Below, piece by piece: positions 35,256-44,821 of a stretch of 64,000 nucleotides of DNA. The notes under the pieces are model-generated. The model did not search any database. It saw nothing but the letters and a program-made list of their open reading frames with translations, and had not been told where the DNA came from. Source of the DNA: a virus; the IMG/VR virus record IMGVR_UViG_3300031519_004559; one strand, 5' to 3'. Each line of letters opens with the position of its first letter. The first letter of the stretch is position 1. Position numbers and translations under genes: made by a program.

Positions 35256-35945
35256 TTATTTATCTATATCTGCATCGCAGACTAGTTTGTCGATACGTTG
35301 TATACAATTGCCTGCAATAATTTTAAATAACATTAATACTTTCTCAGTAGTCATAAAAATATAACGGCCATTCATATATTTTAAGTCTTGATCAAGATCA
35401 TCAAGTAGCATATCTGAAACTTTTACTTTGTCTCTATTTGCCTTTAACCAAGGCCCTAAAGTATCAGGCACCCAATTACTATTAAAAGTAACTTTATATT
35501 GATATGTGTTATCCTTAACTATAATAGTGTTAGTATTATTACGAATAAACTCTATATGCTCTTTTGCAGGTCCTGCAAAAGTTTGCACACTTCTTAATTT
35601 ATTAGACAACCTACGAAGAAATGCATCGTCATTACAATAAAAATTTAAGGTATTGCTTTCGCATCGTATTAAGTAAACATCCTTATACCTAGTTAATACA
35701 TTATAAATTGTTCTAGCGTCAATAAAATGTGCAATATCTATCGGTGATTGATATCTACCTTGCCACCTAGTAAGTGGCAAAATTCCATTATCAAGATCTG
35801 TTTGTAATTGGTCCAATACCGTAGAAGCAAACATAAAGTTTTTGTTCCTAAATATTGGACCAAGTTGATTATATACCGTTAGACAATACAGATATTTATT
35901 ATAGAAAAGTTTATTAGTGTCATGCTGTAATAGTTTCTTTTTCAT
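35256..35945 (-). CDS. Hypothetical protein
   Basis: 229-aa ORF overlapping the end of clpA. Confidence 0.6.
   Translation of the reverse strand: MKKKLLQHDTNKLFYNKYLYCLTVYNQLGPIFRNKNFMFASTVLDQLQTDLDNGILPLTRWQGRYQSPIDIAHFIDARTIYNVLTRYKDVYLIRCESNTLNFYCNDDAFLRRLSNKLRSVQTFAGPAKEHIEFIRNNTNTIIVKDNTYQYKVTFNSNWVPDTLGPWLKANRDKVKVSDMLLDDLDQDLKYMNGRYIFMTTEKVLMLFKIIAGNCIQRIDKLVCDADIDK
35257..35264 (-). promoter_or_regulatory. Late-type promoter
   Basis: GATAAATA 5 nt before the ATG. Confidence 0.65.
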
Positions 35946-38166
35946 TATATACTAATACCAATTCTTTTCCTTTAGTGTTCACATCTATCTTACATTTGCC
36001 ACCGTCTTTTAGTGTGCCAAATAATAACTGACGTGATAGCGGTTGTTTGATCTCTTTATCAATCACACGCTGTAATGGTCTTGCACCCATCTTTTTATTA
36101 AATCCTTTTTCTACCAAGTAATCAAGTGCTTCATCACTTATAGTAATATCAACCTGCTTGCCTTTAACCTGAGCTTTTAATTCAACTAAGAACTTACCAA
36201 CAATTTTCATCATTACTTCTTTACCAAGAGTATCAAAAGTAATTATGCCGTCGAGTCTATTTCTAAATTCTGGAGCAAAGAATCTCTTTAGTTCAGTATC
36301 TTCATAATAGTTATCGCTATCATCACTAAATCCGATAGTGTTTTTCTCAGCCTGTGCAGCACCTAAGTTAGTAGTAAGAATTAGTACACAGTTACGTGCA
36401 TCTGCTTCTTTACCATTAGATCCTGTCAGCTTGCCATTGTCCATTACTTGCAACAAGATTTGTGAAACATCTGGATGAGCTTTTTCGATCTCGTCAAGTA
36501 ACAATACACAGTTAGGATTTTCTTGCAACTTAGTAATTAACAATCCGTTGTTTTCGTCGTAACCAACGTAACCAGGTGGTGATCCAATTAGTTTAGCAAC
36601 GCTGTGCTTTTCCTGATATTCTGACATATCAAAACGTACAAGTGTTACTCCTAATTGTTTAGCAAGTGATTTTGCTGTTTCAGTTTTACCAGTGCCTGTC
36701 GGACCCATAAACACAAATGCTCCAATAGGTTTATCATCTGGTTTTAATCCTGCTTGTGCAACTAGTATCTTATCAACAATGCCTTCGACTGCTTTATCCT
36801 GGCCGTACACATCACCTTTGATGTTCTTTTCAAGGTTTTTAAGATTGTCAGTTTCTTTTTCAGCAACTTGCTCTGTAGGTAAGTTTATAACTTTAGCAAG
36901 TTCAAACTGTATTTCCGCACCGTCAACAATTTTATCACCTGTAACTTCCTTTAAATTAAATCTCGAACATGCAAGATCAATTAAGTCAATTGCTTTATCT
37001 GGCAATTTCTTATCACTTTGATATTTAACACTTAATTTGATTGCTTCTGCAATAGCTTCGTCGGTAATAGTAGTTTTATGAAACTCTTCGTAATACTTTT
37101 TAATACCATGTAAAATATCTTTAGTAACTTCTGGACTAGGCTCGTCAACTGTTACACGTTGGAATCGACGCATTAATGCACGATCCTTTTCAAAGAACTT
37201 GCGATACTCATCCCAAGTAGTTGATGCAACAACTTTAATGTTACCTTTAGCAAGAGCTGGTTTTAGCATGTTAGCTAAATCATTTGCACTATTACCGCCA
37301 CCACCTGATCCAGCACCACTAATCATATGTGCTTCGTCGATGAACATAATAGTTTTGCCTTTGCCTTTAAGACCTGCAAGTACTAATTTAAAGCGTTCTT
37401 CAAAGTCTCCGCGATACTTACTACCTGCAAGCATACTACCAATGTCTAACATGAATACTTTATATTCTTTTAAAAACTCTGGAACAGTTCCTTGCACAAT
37501 ATTCCAAGCAAGGCCTTCTGCAATAGCAGTTTTACCAACTCCTGGATCACCAACAAGTAAACAGTTATTTTTATTACGTCTGCCTAATGCAAGTGCAATA
37601 GTATCTAACTCAGCCTCGCGACCAATTACAGGATCAATCTTTTCTTTTACAACTTCTTGATTTAAGTCAGTTGTAAACTGTCTCAATGCACGTTGTGCTT
37701 CGCCTGACATTTCCTCGTCTTCGATACTTGTTTCTAATTCTGCATTAATGTATTCTGCAAATGTATCTTTTTTAAGACCGCTTTGCTCTAAAAAGTAATT
37801 ACTAATAGATTTCTTTTCAGACATAATACTTAACATAACATCTACTAGTTCAATAGTATTACGTCCAGCAAATAGTACTTGTGTAAATGCTCTATTTAAA
37901 ACTCTTTCAACGGCTTGCGTTTTTTTAGGTTTGTATTTTGCTAACTCAATTTTTAATTCGTCGCACTTCTCTTTTAGATGATGCTCTAGGTGAGATTTAA
38001 TATAATCTACATCAGCACCATACTCTTTTATAACATCATAAAACGGATCACTGCACAGCATACTAAACAATAAATGTTCAATAGTGACATACTCATGTCT
38101 TAGTTTCTTTGCATCTGTAATCGACTTATCAAATACTAACTGTAACTCTTGACTCGGTTCAACCAT
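35920..38166 (-). CDS. clpA: Clp protease ATP-binding subunit ClpA-like
   Basis: Clp N domain (HEYVTIEHLL), two AAA modules (GDPGVGKT, GPTGTGKT), IGF loop, MGARPL. Confidence 0.95.
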   Translation of the reverse strand: MVEPSQELQLVFDKSITDAKKLRHEYVTIEHLLFSMLCSDPFYDVIKEYGADVDYIKSHLEHHLKEKCDELKIELAKYKPKKTQAVERVLNRAFTQVLFAGRNTIELVDVMLSIMSEKKSISNYFLEQSGLKKDTFAEYINAELETSIEDEEMSGEAQRALRQFTTDLNQEVVKEKIDPVIGREAELDTIALALGRRNKNNCLLVGDPGVGKTAIAEGLAWNIVQGTVPEFLKEYKVFMLDIGSMLAGSKYRGDFEERFKLVLAGLKGKGKTIMFIDEAHMISGAGSGGGGNSANDLANMLKPALAKGNIKVVASTTWDEYRKFFEKDRALMRRFQRVTVDEPSPEVTKDILHGIKKYYEEFHKTTITDEAIAEAIKLSVKYQSDKKLPDKAIDLIDLACSRFNLKEVTGDKIVDGAEIQFELAKVINLPTEQVAEKETDNLKNLEKNIKGDVYGQDKAVEGIVDKILVAQAGLKPDDKPIGAFVFMGPTGTGKTETAKSLAKQLGVTLVRFDMSEYQEKHSVAKLIGSPPGYVGYDENNGLLITKLQENPNCVLLLDEIEKAHPDVSQILLQVMDNGKLTGSNGKEADARNCVLILTTNLGAAQAEKNTIGFSDDSDNYYEDTELKRFFAPEFRNRLDGIITFDTLGKEVMMKIVGKFLVELKAQVKGKQVDITISDEALDYLVEKGFNKKMGARPLQRVIDKEIKQPLSRQLLFGTLKDGGKCKIDVNTKGKELVLVYNEKETITA

Positions 38167-38668
38167 TGATATACCTTTTTTCTCTTTTAATTTTCTTTTT
38201 CATTGCCATTCCTAATTTTAGTTTAGAAACACGATCGGTAAATTCTATACCTTGCAAGTGATCGTATTCGTGTAAGAATACTCTTGCATCATACCCTTCA
38301 AGTACTATTATACACTCTTTTGCGTCTGCGTCAAGAAACTGTGTTACCAATTTAATTGGTCTTTTGACATTTAATATTAAATTAGGATAACTTAGGCATC
38401 CTTCATACTTTGAATCTGTTTCTTCTGATATCTTTTGTATCACTGGATTAATAACTGCAAATGCTTCTTTTAGTTCGCTATGCTGTGTTGGTCGCATTAC
38501 AAAAATTTGTGCATCTAATCCAACTTGGTTAGCACTAATGCCTATACCTTTATGTAGGTCCATTAGGTCAACCATCTCCTGAGCTGTTTGAATAGCGTCA
38601 GTTGTATCAAAGTCAAACGGCTTAACTTGTTTTGTAAGCCAACTACTGGGTGCGTAAATTAATTCCAT
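38159..38668 (-). CDS. def: Peptide deformylase
   Basis: GIGISANQVG, EGCLS, HEYDHLQG. Confidence 0.95.
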   Translation of the reverse strand: MELIYAPSSWLTKQVKPFDFDTTDAIQTAQEMVDLMDLHKGIGISANQVGLDAQIFVMRPTQHSELKEAFAVINPVIQKISEETDSKYEGCLSYPNLILNVKRPIKLVTQFLDADAKECIIVLEGYDARVFLHEYDHLQGIEFTDRVSKLKLGMAMKKKIKREKRYING

Positions 38669-39464
38669 TTTTAATCTCTTCTATCCTTCTTAATTCGTCA
38701 TTAGTTAATTTAGGGGTTACTGCTTTAATCTTAACATATAAATTCCCTCTGTTGTTATAGGTATTTACTCGTGGCAGACCGTGTCCGGTTATATTCATGG
38801 TAACATCATTATTTGTGCCTGGAGGAACAGTAAGAGCAAGTTGTTTATTTTCAGGTGTGTGTATCGTTACTGATTTACCTAAAATCAAATCAAATATATC
38901 AACAATTACTTCAGTATACAAATGTTCACCGTCTCGCTTCCACTTATGAGGAGTTGGTATAGCTAGTTGTACTTGTAATGTTCCTCTAGGTATTCCGGGT
39001 ATACTATCATCGCCGTAGTTTGGAAACTGTACAGTGTCACCGTGTTTCATGCCAGGTGGAATTTTTACATCTATTACTTCGCCACGACCATTAGGTAAGT
39101 TATATGTAATTGTTGCAGCACATCCTGTGTACACTTCAGCAAATGACATTCTATATCCAATACGCATGTCTTTGTTGCGCATCGGTTGCCCAGGGCGCAT
39201 GAAACCAAAGTTAGCAAATATATCGTCAAAAGAATGACCACCTTGCATGTTACCTGTATTAGCATGATATTGTCGTTGGGGGTTATCATACGCCGCACGT
39301 TTTTGTGGGTCTTTTAATATACCATACGCTTCGCTAACTTTTTTAAATTGTTCAGCATCACCGCCCCTGTCGGGATGGTGTTTCATACTTGCTTGCTTGT
39401 ATGCTTTTTTTAAATCTGATTCAGAAGCGTTTCTAGGAACACCTAGTATAGAATAATAGTCCAT
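38643..39464 (-). CDS. dnaJ: DnaJ/CbpA-type co-chaperone without Zn finger
   Basis: J domain with HPD; C-terminal DnaJ_C domain. Confidence 0.9.
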   Translation of the reverse strand: MDYYSILGVPRNASESDLKKAYKQASMKHHPDRGGDAEQFKKVSEAYGILKDPQKRAAYDNPQRQYHANTGNMQGGHSFDDIFANFGFMRPGQPMRNKDMRIGYRMSFAEVYTGCAATITYNLPNGRGEVIDVKIPPGMKHGDTVQFPNYGDDSIPGIPRGTLQVQLAIPTPHKWKRDGEHLYTEVIVDIFDLILGKSVTIHTPENKQLALTVPPGTNNDVTMNITGHGLPRVNTYNNRGNLYVKIKAVTPKLTNDELRRIEEIKNGINLRTQ

Positions 39465-39469
39465 ACAAT

Positions 39470-39477
39470 TACTTATC
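39470..39477 (-). promoter_or_regulatory. Late-type promoter (dnaJ-def-clpA)
   Basis: GATAAGTA 5 nt before the ATG. Confidence 0.6.
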
Positions 39478-39508
39478 GCATGGACTATTTAGGTTTTGTA
39501 TTAATGAT

Positions 39509-39844
39509 TTACTTTTTAGATATTGCTTCTTTAGCATAGAACGCTGCTACAATTGCTGCAACTGATACAAAGTAAGTAGGAGCCATTGATCCTAGTACTG
39601 TCGATGCTTGATCTAAGCCTGCAAATACTGATGCTACAACTGCGAACGGATATAGTAGCATACCAAATAGTGCAAACCAAGCCATGTTACGTTGTGCATC
39701 ACGCATTAGGTCTTCGTCTTCTAAACGCTTGCGTTTGAACTCAAGGTCCATTGCCATTTCTTCTGCAGAGATGTGTCCATCTCCGTTTGCGTCCATTGCT
39801 GCTGCAACTGATTCGTCAACTGTTACTGTTTTCTTTTCTGCCAT
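39509..39844 (-). CDS. Membrane protein with EF-hand-like loop, holin candidate
   Basis: DANGDGHISAEE; two TM helices; near the lysis genes. Confidence 0.55.
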   Translation of the reverse strand: MAEKKTVTVDESVAAAMDANGDGHISAEEMAMDLEFKRKRLEDEDLMRDAQRNMAWFALFGMLLYPFAVVASVFAGLDQASTVLGSMAPTYFVSVAAIVAAFYAKEAISKK

Positions 39845-39845
39845 T

Positions 39846-40124
39846 TTATTTTCCCTCTAGTTTAGCAATACGAGCTTCTAGCTCGTCGATCTTCTTAGTT
39901 ACATGAGGGTATTTTTTACGCCAAGCGTCCGTAGGCTGCTCAAACCAAGTCAATCCCCATCTTACAACTAAGAAGTCTAAGAATTGATCTAGTTTAGCAT
40001 AGCACCAGAGTCCTGCTTTTGTATCTTTAAAATAAGCTAGAAAGGCAGCACCTGCTAGTGCGCCAAGTATACTTGTGTATATCCACAAAGTATCGCCCGT
40101 AAGTCGTTCAATTAAATCCCACAT
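39846..40124 (-). CDS. Small membrane protein
   Basis: N-terminal TM helix, C-terminal coiled coil; late promoter. Confidence 0.55.
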   Translation of the reverse strand: MWDLIERLTGDTLWIYTSILGALAGAAFLAYFKDTKAGLWCYAKLDQFLDFLVVRWGLTWFEQPTDAWRKKYPHVTKKIDELEARIAKLEGK

Positions 40125-40162
40125 AATAAGCCCTTTTGTTTACTATATGTATTTATTATTAT

Positions 40163-40489
40163 TTACTTTTTAAGAGTGAATGATTCACCACAGCCGCAGG
40201 TAGCGTCTTCCCAGGGATTTTTGAATTGGAATCCTTCGTTGAGTCCTTCTTTGACATAATCTAGATGAGTTCCATCTATCATCACTAGTGACTTGTTATC
40301 AACAATAATCTTTATGCCGTTTGAGTCAAACATAGTGTCATCGTCATTAACATCGTCAACAAACTCTAACACATACGCATACCCTGAGCAACCAGTAGTT
40401 CTTACCTTAACTCTAAGTCCTAGACCTTTGCCGCGATTTTCTAAAAAGCCAGTTACACGTTCTGCACCAACATCAGTAATTGTTATCAC
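40163..40489 (-). CDS. iscA: Fe-S cluster A-type carrier
   Basis: [15 protein letters not shown]. Confidence 0.95.
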   Translation of the reverse strand: MITITDVGAERVTGFLENRGKGLGLRVKVRTTGCSGYAYVLEFVDDVNDDDTMFDSNGIKIIVDNKSLVMIDGTHLDYVKEGLNEGFQFKNPWEDATCGCGESFTLKK

Positions 40490-40854
40490 TTAGATTTGTA
40501 ATCTGCAATAGCGGCTTTGATAGCATCTTCTGCTAGTACTGAACAATGTATCTTTACTGGGGGTAGAGCAAGTTCAGTTGCAAGGTCTGTGTTCTTTATC
40601 TCACTTGCGCCTTCTAATGTCATTCCTTTAACCCATTCAGTAAGTAAGCTACTACTTGCAATAGCACTACCACAACCGTATGTTTTAAACTTAGCATCAG
40701 TGATTATGTTATCTTCTACTTTAATTTGTAAGCGCATAACATCGCCACAGGCAGGAGCTCCTACCATTCCAGTTCCAATGCTGTCATCTATTTCCCACTT
40801 ACCAACATTACGAGGGTTTTCGTAATGGTCCATCACCTTATCTGAATATGCCAT
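40486..40854 (-). CDS. iscU: Fe-S cluster scaffold
   Basis: [41 protein letters not shown]. Confidence 0.97.
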   Translation of the reverse strand: MAYSDKVMDHYENPRNVGKWEIDDSIGTGMVGAPACGDVMRLQIKVEDNIITDAKFKTYGCGSAIASSSLLTEWVKGMTLEGASEIKNTDLATELALPPVKIHCSVLAEDAIKAAIADYKSK

Positions 40855-40855
40855 A

Positions 40856-41041
40856 TTATTTTCTCAGTTTAAAAATATCGTTGCGGCTTAGTTCGCCTGC
40901 GTATAACTCGTATTTGTACAAATTAGTTTCGAGTGTTATTCCATTAAAACTCACTACTTTTTCGTTAGAAGTTTTATCTTCTTCTATCTTACGCTTTAAT
41001 GTACTTAGACTATCCCAATTAGTTTTCTTAGTATAATCCAT
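40856..41041 (-). CDS. Hypothetical protein
   Basis: Small ORF downstream of a sigma70 promoter. Confidence 0.5.
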   Translation of the reverse strand: MDYTKKTNWDSLSTLKRKIEEDKTSNEKVVSFNGITLETNLYKYELYAGELSRNDIFKLRK

Positions 41042-41070
41042 ACTTTAAATCTCTTTTAATGTATTAGTCT

Positions 41071-41099
41071 ATTATAGCAAAACTATTCTTGCTTGTCAA
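41071..41099 (-). promoter_or_regulatory. Sigma70-type promoter (iscU-iscA)
   Basis: TTGACA-17-TATAAT. Confidence 0.9.
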
Positions 41100-41457
41100 C
41101 CGCTTCGGGCTTAACAGCTTCTTCGTAGTAAACAATGATTTGTTTTTGCTGTTCGATGTAGCGTCTTAGTTCTGCAAAGTTTAAACTAAGATTTTCATAA
41201 TCTTTAACTGAGATAGCAATGTAGGCGTCACTGCCATTCTTTGCTTCAAATTCTTTTTTAAATTCTTCAAGGTTGCCAGCAGATACTACATAGATTTTAA
41301 CATCATTAAGTAGTACTCCTTTTGGACGGGCAACAATAGGTACAGTAGTTTTTACAGTATTAGTTACTGTTACTATCTGTGGTTCCGGCCTCATCGCGCT
41401 GCACCCTATTAGGGTCAGTGATAATAATAAGATCATCCCAAAGTTTATCAGTCGCAT
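41083..41457 (-). CDS. Outer-membrane spanin (o-spanin/Rz1-like lipoprotein)
   Basis: Lipobox LIGC; overlaps the i-spanin 3' end. Confidence 0.75.
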   Translation of the reverse strand: MRLINFGMILLLSLTLIGCSAMRPEPQIVTVTNTVKTTVPIVARPKGVLLNDVKIYVVSAGNLEEFKKEFEAKNGSDAYIAISVKDYENLSLNFAELRRYIEQQKQIIVYYEEAVKPEAVDKQE

Positions 41458-41782
41458 TTTGCATCCTCTTTTCGATCAACCCCGGCTTTTTATTTGCCAA
41501 ATGCGTAAGGTTGTGTTTTTGTAAAGTAGCACGAAGTTCGTCTCCGTACTTTTCTGCTGTTTGTAATTCAGCTTGCAGGTTAGCATTTAGTTCTGCATTG
41601 CGAAACACGTCTCTTTGTAAAGTAGCAATACTATCTTCGCTAATTTGTACTGCTACTTCCATTTTTGCAACATTATCTCGTGCTGTTTGTAAATCACTTT
41701 GTAGTTTTTGAACATATAGATAACCCATACCAGCAGTTGCAATAACTGTCATTACCATAGCAATTTTAATAGCACCAAACAT
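41360..41782 (-). CDS. Inner-membrane spanin (Rz-like)
   Basis: N-terminal TM plus long coiled coil; directly after the endolysin. Confidence 0.75.
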   Translation of the reverse strand: MFGAIKIAMVMTVIATAGMGYLYVQKLQSDLQTARDNVAKMEVAVQISEDSIATLQRDVFRNAELNANLQAELQTAEKYGDELRATLQKHNLTHLANKKPGLIEKRMQNATDKLWDDLIIITDPNRVQRDEAGTTDSNSN

Positions 41783-41785
41783 AGT

Positions 41786-42661
41786 TTATCCTAAAAGTTT
41801 TTCTAGTGTCATTGGGCCAGCAATACCGTCAGCAACTAATCCGTTAGCAACTTGCCATGCTTTAAGCGCACGTTCTGTTCCTGGTCCAAATGCTCCGTCT
41901 GCTCCAACGCCTAATGCTTCTTGCATCATTTTAACGCCTTCACCTTTACATCCTTTACGTAGTACACCAATGTCATCTACATCAACGTCATCTTCTCCGT
42001 CATCTTCGACAATACTTACAGGATTGCCAAATACTTCCATTGCTTTCTTATAACGTGATTGACGATCTGCAAGTCCGATGTTACCACCGTTAATCTTTTT
42101 AGTCATCTTTGTTACGTCATCTGTGTCTGCAATTGAATTTAGATTGTTTGCATCCCAGAACCAGCAAGCACTTTCAACAGCGCCTTTTTCAGTTGCAACA
42201 TATGTTGCTGCTTCTTCTGCTGTCATGCCTACTGTTTTAGCAAAACGTTCATAGTTGTTACGTCCAGTAAGTTGCTTTAGACCACGACCACAAAATCTCC
42301 AACCATCGCCGTCTTCTGTATTACCTAGCTGTCCGCGCTTAGAGCGGAATTCGTCTTGATATACATAGTTTGCAATCTTCTCTGGGTTACGTGCATACTC
42401 TGCTGCATTACGCTTAGGTGCTGCACCAAAGTAACGTCCGAATACTGCGTTAAGTGCTTTCTCACTATAGTTTAAGTTCTCAGTAAGTGAGCGGAAGTTG
42501 TTTGATTCGTGCGATGTTTGACTAATAAAATGCGCCATACGCCTTTCTGTAGTAATACCATATTTAGGTAGTACATCTACTAATGCAGCATGCCACGCAT
42601 CGACATTTTTGTTACCTGGGATCAATTTAGCCAGGTGTTCTTTCTGTAGTTCAAAGCTCAT
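41786..42661 (-). CDS. Endolysin, glycoside hydrolase family 19 + peptidoglycan-binding domain
   Basis: HES..F..L.ENLNYS, GRG..QLTGR.NY, INGG; C-terminal DG.FGPGT...WQ...GL.ADGIAGP. Confidence 0.92.
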   Translation of the reverse strand: MSFELQKEHLAKLIPGNKNVDAWHAALVDVLPKYGITTERRMAHFISQTSHESNNFRSLTENLNYSEKALNAVFGRYFGAAPKRNAAEYARNPEKIANYVYQDEFRSKRGQLGNTEDGDGWRFCGRGLKQLTGRNNYERFAKTVGMTAEEAATYVATEKGAVESACWFWDANNLNSIADTDDVTKMTKKINGGNIGLADRQSRYKKAMEVFGNPVSIVEDDGEDDVDVDDIGVLRKGCKGEGVKMMQEALGVGADGAFGPGTERALKAWQVANGLVADGIAGPMTLEKLLG

Positions 42662-43380
42662 TTTTGTATCCTTTTTAAAACAAGAGCCTTGTCTTCGTTT
42701 TCAAAAACAAGACTATTTCCGTACTTACTTATATTATAATTACCCAAATACTTAGTTAAAAATAGTATTTCTGGATAAGATTCCATTATATCAAATTTGC
42801 CATCTATATTTTCTAGTACTTCCTTTTTATCGCCAAATTCTACGAATTCAAATGCTAAAGGATCTGCATAAACTTTTTTACAAATAATTGTGTTTTCAAG
42901 CATATCTACACTATCGATATAGCCTTTGCTAAAAAAGTTCTTATAATTTTCCATTGTATTTTGGTTTCTAGTTAGTCCGTAATTGTTAGGATCCTTCGGA
43001 ATAAAACTGTCTAGATTTTCCATAGTGGCATCTTTGCTGGTGAAATTCTTATAGTATCTAAATTTTAAATTATCAAGTCCTGCTATCTTTTTTACACCGT
43101 CTAAAACTTCGTAAATATTATCAGCTATATGTCTGTTCCTTTCCATTTCAACAAATACTTTATAAGTACCGTCTGATTGTTCTCCAGCTGTTGCATCAGC
43201 ATCGAGTATAAAACTATAACCGCCCTCTAAAAATTTAACAAGATCGTCGGCTGGTGCTTTATCTCTTACGCTAAAACTTAATGTTACTATGTCTTCGTCA
43301 TCACCCATTTTTGACTTAAATGAATCTATTTCAAAAATGTCAAAAAGCATAGCTTTTAGATCGCCTGCACGTAGTCCCAT
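42658..43380 (-). CDS. Hypothetical phage protein
   Basis: Coupled ORF in the late operon. Confidence 0.6.
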   Translation of the reverse strand: MGLRAGDLKAMLFDIFEIDSFKSKMGDDEDIVTLSFSVRDKAPADDLVKFLEGGYSFILDADATAGEQSDGTYKVFVEMERNRHIADNIYEVLDGVKKIAGLDNLKFRYYKNFTSKDATMENLDSFIPKDPNNYGLTRNQNTMENYKNFFSKGYIDSVDMLENTIICKKVYADPLAFEFVEFGDKKEVLENIDGKFDIMESYPEILFLTKYLGNYNISKYGNSLVFENEDKALVLKRIQK

Positions 43381-43958
43381 TAAATTGTACCTCCTGTAGC
43401 TGCTTCCTCAGGCGCCGCCGCGGCCATATCTGGTGCTGGTGCTCCGGCTCCAGCTAATGCGTCAGCTGGTTGCTCTGCTTGTGGACCAGCATCTGTTTCT
43501 ACTGCAGGTTCATTATTAAGATCCATACGCTCTGCATATGATCCGTAAATACTTGCTATAAGTTTTTTAGGCATCATAATTTCTATTATCCATACAGGGC
43601 TTCTATCTAGTTTGCCCTTGCGTGTTCCGGGTCGAATGTCTTCAGGCTTACGAATTGTGCGTGGCTTTGTAATGTATGACTTTTGGTAACTAATTTTACA
43701 GTCGTAATCTAACAGACGCTTGCCGCCCATTGGATCAGGCATTTTTGCTCTAGGCCAAAAGAACTTACAAGTGACCCAATGTCTATCAATTTTTGGTCCT
43801 TCGGCAAGTTCACCGTCTTCCCAATTTTGATACACGTAAAGATCTAATTCATCTAAGACTCTTTCAAAATCTTTCAACACTTGAAATGAAGTATTACTAT
43901 CATAGATGTTTTCTACGTTTTTAATTATATCATATATATTTTGCATATTCGCTTCCAA
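43380..43958 (-). CDS. Hypothetical phage protein
   Basis: Late promoter upstream; Ala/Pro-rich tail. Confidence 0.6.
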   Translation of the reverse strand: MEANMQNIYDIIKNVENIYDSNTSFQVLKDFERVLDELDLYVYQNWEDGELAEGPKIDRHWVTCKFFWPRAKMPDPMGGKRLLDYDCKISYQKSYITKPRTIRKPEDIRPGTRKGKLDRSPVWIIEIMMPKKLIASIYGSYAERMDLNNEPAVETDAGPQAEQPADALAGAGAPAPDMAAAAPEEAATGGTI

Positions 43959-43972
43959 AACTTTATTATACT

Positions 43973-44030
43973 TATTTATCGTTCATAATCATTAACTTTG
44001 AGCTTTTGATATTAGTCACAGGACTAAATA
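43973..44030. promoter_or_regulatory. Divergent late-type promoters (lysis operon and phoH)
   Basis: GATAAATA on minus (43973-43980) and ACTAAATA on plus (44023-44030). Confidence 0.6.
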
Positions 44031-44098
44031 CTTTTGTAGGGCAGTAGCCCATTTGGGCATTGCTCTACTTACATCAATCCATGTAAGGAGGACACTTA

Positions 44099-44821
44099 AT
44101 GGGTGCAAAGCGAAAGTCTCAAAAGAGACAATCAGACTCCAGCTACAGTAACGTAGTTGAATTCACAAACTTCAAAAAACAAAATCAAGTAACTATTCTT
44201 CCAAGAAACAAAAATCAAGAAACATACACGCTAAAACTGTTAGATCCAACGAAAGACATAGTCTTCGGAGTAGGTCCTGCAGGAACCGGTAAAACACTGC
44301 TTGCAGTGCAGGTGGCTGTAAAAATGTTTAAGGAACAGGCAGTTGACAAGATTATCGTTACAAGGCCAGCAGTATCGGTTGACGAAGATCTTGGGTTTTT
44401 ACCAGGAACGCTAGAAGAAAAGATGGCGCCTTGGACAAGACCAATTTTTGATGTATTAAAAGAATATTTTAATGCAGCTGAAATATCTGGAATGATTGCA
44501 GAAGGTATTATTGAAATATCGCCATTAGCATACATGCGTGGGCGAACATTTAAAAATAGCTTTATTCTTGCAGACGAAATGCAAAACGCAACAGAAAACC
44601 AAATGAAGATGCTATTAACACGATTAGGTGAAGGTAGTATGATGGCAGTTACAGGAGATCTTGCACAAGCAGATAGAATTAAAGATAATGGTCTTATTAG
44701 ATTTGTAGATAAATTAAAAGTTAATAATTCCACAAGGTTGGACATAGTCCAGTTTGCACAAGGAGACATTGAGAGGCATGAAGCTGTAAAGGAGGTGTTA
44801 AAGATATATGGAGATACTTAA
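44099..44821 (+). CDS. phoH: PhoH-family ATPase
   Basis: GPAGTGKT, LGFLPG, YMRGRTF, DEMQN, GD..Q.D. Confidence 0.95.
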   Translation: MGAKRKSQKRQSDSSYSNVVEFTNFKKQNQVTILPRNKNQETYTLKLLDPTKDIVFGVGPAGTGKTLLAVQVAVKMFKEQAVDKIIVTRPAVSVDEDLGFLPGTLEEKMAPWTRPIFDVLKEYFNAAEISGMIAEGIIEISPLAYMRGRTFKNSFILADEMQNATENQMKMLLTRLGEGSMMAVTGDLAQADRIKDNGLIRFVDKLKVNNSTRLDIVQFAQGDIERHEAVKEVLKIYGDT

